This document shows positions 41,857-49,897 of a stretch of DNA of 64,000 bases, piece by piece. The DNA is taken from positions 4,929 through 68,928 of the forward strand of contig DASTWW010000212.1 in assembly GCA_035765755.1 (NCBI GenBank). The letters run 5' to 3'. Numbering within the stretch: the stretch's first letter is position 1; each line of letters begins with the position of its first letter. Made by a program: the position numbers and the translations under genes. A model generated the notes under the pieces. That model made no database searches. It worked only from the letters and a program-made list of their open reading frames with translations, and was not told where the DNA came from. The DNA is from Nocardioidaceae bacterium. Its GTDB lineage: Bacteria; Actinomycetota; Actinomycetes; Propionibacteriales; Nocardioidaceae.

Positions 41857-42204
41857 GGTGGTGGCCTTCCGTTCGGGCCCGCGAGGGTGTGCGGGCGAGG
41901 TAGGGTGCCCACTGGGTGGATGAGCGCCTGCTCACAGGGTACGAAGGCCGCGAGTCAATGTCCCAGAGGGGCCATCCGGACCGGTATGCCGCACGCGCAG
42001 ACGTGCCACGCCAAGGCCGCCATGTCCACCGGAAGAGCCACAATTCCGGTCCGAAATGACTAGTCCAGCCGGTTAGTGACTCATATAGGCCATTGTCGCA
42101 AATTTTGCGCCCGGTAGTCTCGAACGTGACACACTGGTATGGGGATGTGCCAGCGGACCATCTGTTGGCACATCGGTGGGTATCTACAGTGAGGGAGGGT
42201 CGCT

Positions 42205-42420
42205 ATGAACACGCGACCGCCTGAGTCCGAACCGCTGCTGACTCCTGCAGAGGTCGCGGCCATGTTCCGGGTGGACCCGAAGACGGTCACCCGGTGGGCC
42301 AAGGCCGGCAAGCTCAGCTCGATCCGGACTCTCGGAGGACATCGCCGTTACCGCGAGTCCGAAGTACGCGACCTGCTGACCGGGATGCTTCCCGAGCAGC
42401 GCCGTGGAGGGGATCTTTAA
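42205..42420 (+). CDS. bldC: BldC-family (MerR/excisionase-like HTH) developmental regulator
   Basis: EPLLTPAEVAAMFRVDPKTVTRWAKAGKLSSIRTLGGHRRYRESEVRDLL is near-identical to Streptomyces BldC as I remember it. A long AT-richer upstream region precedes it. Confidence 0.85.
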   Translation: MNTRPPESEPLLTPAEVAAMFRVDPKTVTRWAKAGKLSSIRTLGGHRRYRESEVRDLLTGMLPEQRRGGDL

Positions 42421-42490
42421 GAGCTAGGGGGTCAGCGACGCTGCCGGGGTCCCAGGTCCGGTGGCAGACAACTCGCTCCAGATCATCGGC

Positions 42491-42530
42491 GAGGAAACGG
42501 ATCCGTGAGGATCGGTTCCTCGTCGTTTTA
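42491..42530 (+). terminator. putative intrinsic terminator downstream of bldC
   Basis: GAGGAAACGGATC-CGTGAG-GATCGGTTCCTC imperfect hairpin, followed by GTCGTTTTAC. A T-tract is rare in this GC-rich sequence. Confidence 0.5.
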
Positions 42531-42646
42531 CTTCCTGGGGGTCTTTCGCCCGGCAGGACGGAAGGCCCCCAGGGAGCCCTCGACGGTCGGTCCGGTCTCC
42601 TAGGGCGCCCAGCCGCTGGTTAGGGTGGCCCGACGGAGGTGGGGTC

Positions 42647-43858
42647 ATGACCGAGCGACAGCTGCCCAACTGGTCGAAGCTTCGTCCGCTGCTGCGGCCA
42701 CGCCCGTGGCAGCCGAACCCGACCGACAGGCGACTGGCCCGCGCGGTGACGATCGCCGATCTGCGCCGGGCGGCGCGACGCCGTACTCCCCGGCCGGTGT
42801 TCGACTACACCGACGGGGCCGCGGAGGCCGAGGTCAGCCTGCGCCGGGCCCGCGAGCTGTTCGCGAACCTGGAGTTCCGGCCGCAGATCCTCACCGACGT
42901 CACCGACGTCGACCCGGGCGTGACCCTGCTCGGGTCGCGCGCCGAGCAGCCCTTCGGCTTCGCACCCACGGGGTTCACCCGGATGATGCAGCACGAGGGC
43001 GAGACCGCCGTGGTGCGGGTGGCCGAGCGGGTCGGCATCCCGTACACCCTGTCGACCATGGGCACCACCTCGATCGAGGAAGTCGCCGCCGCAGCCCCGA
43101 AGGCCCGCACGTGGTTCCAGCTGTACGTCTGGCGGGACCGCGACGCCGCCGACGACCTGATCGCCCGGTCACGCGCGGCCGGCTACGAGGCGCTGGTGCT
43201 GACCGTGGACGTGCCGGTGGCCGGCGCCCGGCTCCGCGACGTGCGCAACGGCTTCTCGATCCCGCCGGCGCTGACCTCCAAGACTGTGCTCGACATCGCC
43301 GGCCATCCCGCGTGGTGGGGCAACCTGCTCACCACACGGCCGTTGGAGTTCGCCTCCCTGACGTCGTGGGAGGGCACCATCGCGGAGATGATCGACACGC
43401 TGTTCGACCCGTCGATGACGATGGCCGACCTGGAGTGGATCCGGTCTCGCTGGGACGGTCCGCTGGTGATCAAGGGCATCCAGACCGTGCGGGACGCCCG
43501 TGCGGTCGTCGACGCCGGCGCGGACGCCATCGTGCTGTCCAACCACGGCGGCCGGCAGCTGGACCGGGCGCCGGTGCCGCTGCGGCTGCTGCCCGAGGTG
43601 GTGGACGCGGTCGGGGACCGCACCGAGGTGCTGCTGGACACCGGCGTGATGAGCGGTGGCGACGTGGTGGCCGCGCTCGCGCTGGGTGCCAAGGCGGTGC
43701 TGGTCGGCCGGGCCTACCTCTACGGGCTGATGGCCGGCGGGGAGCGTGGCGTGCAGCGGGCCGCGGACATCCTGGCAGCAGAGGTACGACGGACGATGGC
43801 GCTGCTCGGGGCCCGCACCGTCGCGGACCTCGGCCCGCAGCACGTGCGGCTGCCCTAG
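42647..43858 (+). CDS. FMN-dependent alpha-hydroxy-acid dehydrogenase/oxidase (L-lactate dehydrogenase LldD-like)
   Basis: FDYTDGAAE..., TVDVPVAGARLRD, SNHGGRQLD, GRAYLYGL motifs. Confidence 0.85.
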   Translation: MTERQLPNWSKLRPLLRPRPWQPNPTDRRLARAVTIADLRRAARRRTPRPVFDYTDGAAEAEVSLRRARELFANLEFRPQILTDVTDVDPGVTLLGSRAEQPFGFAPTGFTRMMQHEGETAVVRVAERVGIPYTLSTMGTTSIEEVAAAAPKARTWFQLYVWRDRDAADDLIARSRAAGYEALVLTVDVPVAGARLRDVRNGFSIPPALTSKTVLDIAGHPAWWGNLLTTRPLEFASLTSWEGTIAEMIDTLFDPSMTMADLEWIRSRWDGPLVIKGIQTVRDARAVVDAGADAIVLSNHGGRQLDRAPVPLRLLPEVVDAVGDRTEVLLDTGVMSGGDVVAALALGAKAVLVGRAYLYGLMAGGERGVQRAADILAAEVRRTMALLGARTVADLGPQHVRLP

Positions 43859-43934
43859 ATTCGATCCGCCGGCGCGGGGTTACCGCCCGGGTGGGCGGGT
43901 ACCCGTCCCGGAACCCCCACAGGAAGGAAGGCTC

Positions 43935-44432
43935 ATGAAGTTCGCGCGCCTGGTCGCCCGCCTGATCATCGGCATCCTGTTCATCGGGCACGGCACCCAG
44001 AAGCTGAAAGGCTGGTTCGGGGGACCGGGGATCGAGGGCACGACCGGGATGATGGAGTCCCTGGACCTGCACCCGCCCCGCAGGCACGCGATGGCCGCCG
44101 GTGTTGCCGAGACCGCGGGCGGCGCCCTGCTGGCGGCCGGTCTGCTCACCCCCCTGGCCAGCGCGAGCCTGATCGGCGTGATGATCACCGCGATCCGCAC
44201 CGTGCACGCGCCCAAGGGTCTCTGGTCCACGCAGGGCGGCTACGAGTACAACTTGGTCCTGATCGCGGCGCTGCTCGCCCTCGCCGAGGAGGGTCCGGGC
44301 AATCTCTCGCTGGACAACGCGCTCGGGCTGCGCACCAGCGGGGTGCCGTGGTCGCTCGGCGCGCTCGCGCTCGGCACCGCCGCGTCCATCGCCACCGTCG
44401 AGACCGGGCGTTCCTCCGGCGCGCACGCCTGA
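43935..44432 (+). CDS. DoxX-family membrane protein
   Basis: RLIIGILFIGHGTQKL...; 4 TM segments. ATG after AGGAAGGAAGG. Confidence 0.8.
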   Translation: MKFARLVARLIIGILFIGHGTQKLKGWFGGPGIEGTTGMMESLDLHPPRRHAMAAGVAETAGGALLAAGLLTPLASASLIGVMITAIRTVHAPKGLWSTQGGYEYNLVLIAALLALAEEGPGNLSLDNALGLRTSGVPWSLGALALGTAASIATVETGRSSGAHA

Positions 44433-44494
44433 CCGGCATAGCCGCTCCTGCCGCGGGTACCACGCCTCCAGACGCACGAGGAGGTGTTCGCGAC

Positions 44495-44896
44495 ATGCCC
44501 GCGAAGAAGGAAATGCCCTCGACCATCCAGCGCTCGCCCAAGAAGGCGCAGCGCACCTGGGCCGAGGCGCACGACTCGGCCGTCGACGAGTACGGCGAGG
44601 GTGAGCGCGCACATCGCACGGCCTACAGCGCCCTCAAGCACGGCTTCGAGAAGGTCGGCGACCACTGGGAGGGCAAGGACCGCAAGGGCCCTTCCGACAA
44701 GCAGGCCAAGAAGCGTGGCGCAGCGGCCCGCCGCGGCGGCGAGACGGCCGAAGGCGTCGACGCCAACTCCTCCAAGAGCCACCTGTACGACGTGGCGAAG
44801 AAGCTCGACATCGCCGGCCGCTCCAGCATGAGCAAGTCCGAGCTCGTGGACGCCATCAAGAAGGCGAACCGGAAGCAGACCCGCAAGAGCCGGTGA
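44495..44896 (+). CDS. ChaB-family protein with C-terminal Rho_N/SAP-like domain
   Basis: PSTIQRSPKKAQRTWAEAHDSAVDEYGEGERAHRTAYSALKHGFEK (ChaB) and LYDVAKKLDIAGRSSMSKSELVDAIKK (Rho-N-like). ATG after GAGGAGG. Confidence 0.75.
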   Translation: MPAKKEMPSTIQRSPKKAQRTWAEAHDSAVDEYGEGERAHRTAYSALKHGFEKVGDHWEGKDRKGPSDKQAKKRGAAARRGGETAEGVDANSSKSHLYDVAKKLDIAGRSSMSKSELVDAIKKANRKQTRKSR

Positions 44897-45068
44897 CCGA
44901 GAGCCGGCCAGGCGGTGCCGGCCCGGGCTCGGCGGGAGCGGTGGACCGGCCGTGTGCTGGACCGGAAGCGCCGCCCCCGCCGAACGAAGGTGGGCCGGCC
45001 GCGCATGCGAGGTGCGCCGTTACCCCTGGTCGGTCCGGCCCATGCGTCGTCGCCGGTCCGGTGATCGC

Positions 45069-48000
45069 CTACTGGCTCGGGGGCCGCTCAGCCGGCCGTG
45101 AGCACGCACCACACGGACTTGCCGTGCTCGGTGCCCCGGGTGCCCCATCGGAGGCGAGCGCGGCGACGATCTGCAGCCCCCGGCCGTGCTCGTCGTCGGG
45201 GGTGGGCCGCAGCCGGCGCGGCTGGTAGGTGGCCCGGTCCAGCACCTCGACCATCACCTCCGTGTCCCGGGTGCGCAGCCGCAGCTCCAGCGGGCCCGCG
45301 CCGTGCAGCACCGCGTTGGTGACCAGCTCGCTGGTGGCGAGCACGGTGTCCTCGGCGAGCCGCTCGGGAAGGTCGTGGTCGGCCAGGTGCCGGCCGACGA
45401 TGCTGCGGGCCTGGTGCGCGGCGGTCTCGGTGGCCTCGAGCCGTTGGATCAGGATCGGGTTCTCTTCGGTGGGGTCGACCCGGGCGATCAGGATCGCCAC
45501 GTCGTCATCCGGGCCTTCCGGCAGCAGCGCGTCCACCAGCCGTTCCGGCATCCCCGACGTCGCGCCCTCCAGCCCGCCGGCCAGCCGGGCCAGCGTGGTG
45601 ATGCCCCGGTCCAGGTCCTCGCCCCGTCGCTCCACCAGCCCGTCGGTGTAGAGCACCGCCATCCCGCCGGCCTCCAACCGGACGTCGCGCTGGGCCAGCG
45701 TGAACGGCCCGGTGCCCAGCGGCGGGTCGGCTGCTCCGGTGAGCACCCGGGACGCGCCGTCGGCACTGACCAGGATCGGGGGCAGGTGCCCGGCGTTGGC
45801 GATGCGCAGCACCCGGTCGGCCGGGTCGAAGACCGCGTACAGGCAGGTGACGATCTGGTTCTCGTCCAGGTCGCGGACGATCCCGTCGAGGTACTCCAGC
45901 ACGTCGGCCGGCGGCAGGCCGAGCCGCGCATAGGCCCGGGTCGCGGTGCGGAGCTGCCCCATCACCGCAGCCGCCTGCACGCCGCGGCCCATCACGTCGC
46001 CCACCACGAGGGCGGTCCTGCCCGCGCCGAGCTGGATCACGTCGTACCAGTCACCGCCGACCTGAGTGCCCTCGACCCCCGCCCGGTAGAAGGTGGCCAC
46101 CTCCAGGTGCTCGAGGTCGAAGGAGGTCTCGGGCAGCAGGCTGCGCTGCAGCTGGTCGGCGATGGCGTGCTCGCGGGCGGCCGCCTCCGCGTTCGCGGTC
46201 GCCAGGGCCAGCGCCTCCTCCGCGGCGCGGCGCTCGGTGATGTCCTGCACCGAGCCGCGGATCGCCTCGACCTCGCCGTCCTCGTCGCGCAGCACCTCGG
46301 CCCGCACGCTGACCAGCACCGCGCTGCCGTCGGGGTGGACCATGCGGGCCTCGTAGGTGATCGGCTCTCCGGCGACGCCGGCGTCGAAGGCGCGCTGCAC
46401 CATCGCCCGGTCGTCAGGGTGCACCAGCTCGTTGATCAGCTCCGGGTAGCGCAGCGCGGCCACCTCCTCGGCGGTGCGGCCGGCGATCCGCAGGTACTCC
46501 TCCGAGACGTGGACCGCACCGGTGCGCAGGTCGATCTCCCAGCTGCCCACCTGGGCAAGCCGCTGGGCCTGGTCCAGGAGGGTGCGTCCGCGCTCGAGCT
46601 GGCGCCGGATCCGGCGGGCCCGGTCGAGCTCCAGGTTGGCGCGCACCCGTGCCTTCAGCTCCCGGGCGGTGAACGGCTTGATCAGGTAGTCGTCCGCGCC
46701 CCGGTCCAGGCCCTCGAGCATCCCCTCCTCCCCGGCGCGTGCGGAGAGCATCACGACCGGCACGCCCACCGTGGCCGGATCCCCCTGCAGGGCGGCGAGC
46801 AGCTCGAAGCCGTCCATCCGCGGCATCATCACGTCGGTGAGCACGAGGTCGGGGTGCAGCACCCATGCCTTGGTCAGTGCGTCCGCCCCGTCCACGGCGG
46901 TGTCCACGTGGTACTCGTCGGCCAGCACCCCGGCGACGTACTCCCGGATGTCGGCGTTGTCGTCGACGACCAGGACCCGTGGCGCCGGTCCCTCGTGCTG
47001 CGCCGGCCAGGACGGCGCCCAGGTAGGGCCGGAGGACAGTTGGAGAGCCTCCTCCACGGAGCCCTCGGTGTCGCTCGGTGTGGCCGAGGAGGCGCCGCCG
47101 GTGGTCACTGCGTCGCACGGCAGGTGGTCGGGCCCGAAGGGGACGCGGACGCAGAAGGTGCTGCCCACCCCGAGCACGCTGGTCACCGTGGCGGTGCCGC
47201 CGTGCAGCTCGGCCAGCTCCCGGACCATCGCGAGCCCGATGCCGGAGCCCTCGTGGGTCCGGGACGCGGCTCCGTGCACCCGGCGGAACCGCTCGAACAG
47301 GTGCGGGATCTCCGGCTGAGGAATGCCGGTCCCGGTGTCGACGACGGCCAGCTCGACCTGCCCGTCGACCTGGCGCAGGTGCACCTCGATGCCGCCGGAA
47401 AAAGTGAACTTCAGCGCGTTCGACAGCAGGTTGAGCACCATCTTCGCCCACAGCTCGGCGTCGACGTACACCGGGTCGGGCAGCGGCGGACAGTCGACGG
47501 TCAGCGACAGTCCGAGCCGCTCGGTGGCCGCGTCGAACATGCTGGCCAGCTCGCGGGTGTACTGCGCCAGGTCGATGGGCGCGAACTGTGCCTCGGTGCG
47601 GCCGGACTCCAGCCGGGAGAAGTCCAGCAGGGTGTTGACCAGCTTGAGCAGCCGCTGACCGTTGCGCAAGATCACCTCGACCCGGCCGCGCTGCCGATCC
47701 GGCAGCGGCAGCTGGGGGTCGGCGAGCGCGTCCTCCGCCGGCCCGAGCAGCAGCGTCAACGGGGTGCGGAACTCGTGGCTGATGTTGGTGAAGAAGTCGG
47801 TCTTGGCGTGGTCGAGCTCGGCGAGGGTCTCTGCGCGAGCGCGCTCGAAGTCGAAGGCGCGGCCCTCGGTGATGACGGAGGTGAGCTGACCCGCGACCAG
47901 GTCCAGGAAGTCGCGGTAGCCGCGGTCGAGCGGTCGGTAGCGGTTCACCGCGGCGACCAGGAAGCCGTACGGGCTCGCCTGCCCGCTCTGGGCCAGCGGC

Positions 48001-48821
48001 AGCACCACCGCCGACACCGGAGGGTCCACCCACCGGCCGGTGGGCAGGTCGGCGAACCGGGGCGGCAGGTCGACCAGCACGCTTCGGCCGGCCAGCGCCT
48101 CACCGACCGGCCAGGGGTGCTGCGCGTCCAACGGCAGCTCGGCCGGGGCGGCCGGGTGGCCGCCCGTGAACCCCGCGCTGCCGGCGAGTCGGGCGACGCC
48201 GGCCGGCTCGTCGTACAGGTAGACCAGGCTGAACGGGAGCGCGTCCGTCGCCTCGTCCAGCTGCCGGCAGGACGCGGCGACCATCTCGGCCTCACCGAGG
48301 CTGACGCTGGACCGGGCGCCGAGGTCCCGCAGGATGCTCATCCGCCGCCGACCGATCACCTCCTGGGTGTCCTCGGTGACTACGCACAGCATCCCGGCGA
48401 TCTTGCCGCCGTCGTCGAACAGCGGGCTGTAGGAGAACGTGTGGTAGGTCTCCTCGACGTACTCGTTGCGCTCGAGGAACAGCAGCAGCGACTCGTCCCA
48501 GGTGGCGACCCCGGTGGTGAGCACCTTCTCGATGCGCGGGCCGATGTCGTGCCAGATCTCCGACCACACCTTCGAGGCCGGCTTGCCCAGGGCCCACGGA
48601 TACTTCTTGCCAAGCGTGTCGCGGCGGTAGGCGTCGTTGCAGAAGAAGGTCAGCTCCGGGCCCCACGCCATCCACATCGGGAACCGCGACGTGAGCACCA
48701 TGCGTACGACGCTCTGCAGGCTGCGCGGCCAGCTGTCCAGGGGACCGAGCGGTGTTGCGGACCAGTTGACGTCGAGCAGGTCACGACCCACCCCGCCGAT
48801 CCTCTCGAACATCTCCCGCAT
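45069..48821 (-). CDS. multidomain sensor: PAS-GAF-HisKA-HATPase_c-REC-PAS-PP2C(SpoIIE)-HATPase_c_2 (RsbW-like); apparent 1-nt frameshift near the 3' end
   Basis: H-box SHEFRTPL; N/G boxes LLSNALKFT, DTGTGI, GSGIGLAMV. Receiver VLVVDDN...LTDVMMP...GADDYLIKPF. PP2C GGDWYDV...GDVMGRGVQAA...LYTDGLVERRG. RsbW-like ELVTNAVLHG...EHGRGLQIVAALAS. Start ATG 48821 has an AGGAGA RBS. The canonical ending WGTRGTEHGKSVWCVLTAG* is readable only in another frame (45147-45088). Confidence 0.85.
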   Translation of the reverse strand: MREMFERIGGVGRDLLDVNWSATPLGPLDSWPRSLQSVVRMVLTSRFPMWMAWGPELTFFCNDAYRRDTLGKKYPWALGKPASKVWSEIWHDIGPRIEKVLTTGVATWDESLLLFLERNEYVEETYHTFSYSPLFDDGGKIAGMLCVVTEDTQEVIGRRRMSILRDLGARSSVSLGEAEMVAASCRQLDEATDALPFSLVYLYDEPAGVARLAGSAGFTGGHPAAPAELPLDAQHPWPVGEALAGRSVLVDLPPRFADLPTGRWVDPPVSAVVLPLAQSGQASPYGFLVAAVNRYRPLDRGYRDFLDLVAGQLTSVITEGRAFDFERARAETLAELDHAKTDFFTNISHEFRTPLTLLLGPAEDALADPQLPLPDRQRGRVEVILRNGQRLLKLVNTLLDFSRLESGRTEAQFAPIDLAQYTRELASMFDAATERLGLSLTVDCPPLPDPVYVDAELWAKMVLNLLSNALKFTFSGGIEVHLRQVDGQVELAVVDTGTGIPQPEIPHLFERFRRVHGAASRTHEGSGIGLAMVRELAELHGGTATVTSVLGVGSTFCVRVPFGPDHLPCDAVTTGGASSATPSDTEGSVEEALQLSSGPTWAPSWPAQHEGPAPRVLVVDDNADIREYVAGVLADEYHVDTAVDGADALTKAWVLHPDLVLTDVMMPRMDGFELLAALQGDPATVGVPVVMLSARAGEEGMLEGLDRGADDYLIKPFTARELKARVRANLELDRARRIRRQLERGRTLLDQAQRLAQVGSWEIDLRTGAVHVSEEYLRIAGRTAEEVAALRYPELINELVHPDDRAMVQRAFDAGVAGEPITYEARMVHPDGSAVLVSVRAEVLRDEDGEVEAIRGSVQDITERRAAEEALALATANAEAAAREHAIADQLQRSLLPETSFDLEHLEVATFYRAGVEGTQVGGDWYDVIQLGAGRTALVVGDVMGRGVQAAAVMGQLRTATRAYARLGLPPADVLEYLDGIVRDLDENQIVTCLYAVFDPADRVLRIANAGHLPPILVSADGASRVLTGAADPPLGTGPFTLAQRDVRLEAGGMAVLYTDGLVERRGEDLDRGITTLARLAGGLEGATSGMPERLVDALLPEGPDDDVAILIARVDPTEENPILIQRLEATETAAHQARSIVGRHLADHDLPERLAEDTVLATSELVTNAVLHGAGPLELRLRTRDTEVMVEVLDRATYQPRRLRPTPDDEHGRGLQIVAALASDGAPGAPSTASPCGACSRPAERPPSQ

Positions 48822-49087
48822 GTTCCGTCTCCTGGCGTCGCGGGTCGGTTCAGTGCAGTCAATCATGGGACTGACCTGTTCCGCAGTCCCCAAAACAGGC
48901 CGTGAACTGCGGCTTTGCCCACATTGGGCGGCTTCGTTCCCCACCGGGCTCGCCACGCCTGCTGGTGCTGGTCCTGACCAGCAGCACTACTTCGGGGAAA
49001 CGGGTTTCGGCCGGTCCGGTGAGGGCTACGTCCGAGCCTTCCGGGCGCTCGCGCCCCGGACGACAACCGCTCGAAGGGAGCAAGGAC

Positions 49088-49825
49088 ATGGCATGCAGCG
49101 GGGTCCGGGGGGCGATCGTGACAGCGCTGGTCGGCGCGACGTGTGTGGCGGCGGGGGTGACGGCCTCCGTCGCCAGCGCAAGCCCGGCCCGCATCCAGCG
49201 GCCGCCGGCGTCGGCGTTCACCAATGGCCGGGTCACCAACCAGTGGTTCCCGCTCAGGCCGGGAACGCGGATGGTCTACGTCGGCGTCAAGGACGGGAAA
49301 CGCGCGGTGGACGTCTTCTACGTGACGCGCAAGACCAAGAAGATCGAGGGGGTGACCTGTCGGGTGGTCCACGACAAGCTGCGGCTGGCCGGCGTGCTGG
49401 AGGAGCGGACCTCCGACTGGTACGCCCAGAGCCGGAGCGGCGATGTCTGGTACTTCGGCGAGCGCACCGCCTCGCTCGGCCCGCACGGCAAGGTGCTCAC
49501 CCGGGACGGCTCGTGGATGGCCGGTCGGAGCGGCGCCCGGGCGGGGATCTACATCACCGGCGCCCCGAGCGACGGCCAGTCCCGGCCCCAGGAGCTGTTC
49601 CCCGGCCACGCCGAGGACCACTTCCAGGTCATGGACACCTCCGCCCGCGTGCGGGTGCCGCTCGTCAGGTCCTCGCACGCGCTGCTCACCAAGGAGTGGA
49701 CGCCCCTGGAGCCGCACGTCGTCGACCACAAGTACTACATGCGCGACATCGGCGTGGTCAGCGAGCAGTCGGTCAGCGGCCCGCTCGAGACCGGACGGCT
49801 GGTATCGATCACTCACAAGGGGTGA
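49088..49825 (+). CDS. secreted hypothetical protein
   Basis: Signal peptide (ALVGATCVAAGVTASVASA), then 245 aa of coding-like sequence. ATG after GGGAGCAAGGA. Confidence 0.55.
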   Translation: MACSGVRGAIVTALVGATCVAAGVTASVASASPARIQRPPASAFTNGRVTNQWFPLRPGTRMVYVGVKDGKRAVDVFYVTRKTKKIEGVTCRVVHDKLRLAGVLEERTSDWYAQSRSGDVWYFGERTASLGPHGKVLTRDGSWMAGRSGARAGIYITGAPSDGQSRPQELFPGHAEDHFQVMDTSARVRVPLVRSSHALLTKEWTPLEPHVVDHKYYMRDIGVVSEQSVSGPLETGRLVSITHKG

Positions 49826-49897
49826 GGCGGGCTCATCCGTCTGGCGGAGGTTGGTTGGTCTATGCCGCTTTAGTTTGACCCGATCAGGGGGCGTCCT

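Noticed and set aside
45186-48905. Very long ORFs in the track that lie antisense to or overlap real genes. Examples: 45186-48905 plus strand (1239 aa), 5291-7564 minus (757 aa), 6553-9156 plus (867 aa), 13386-14975 minus (529 aa), 35947-38034 minus (695 aa).
   Set aside because: Their products are Arg/Pro/Gly/Ala-rich low-complexity sequences with no recognisable motifs. They mirror genes with strong family signatures on the other strand. They are typical shadow ORFs of high-GC DNA, where stop codons are rare.
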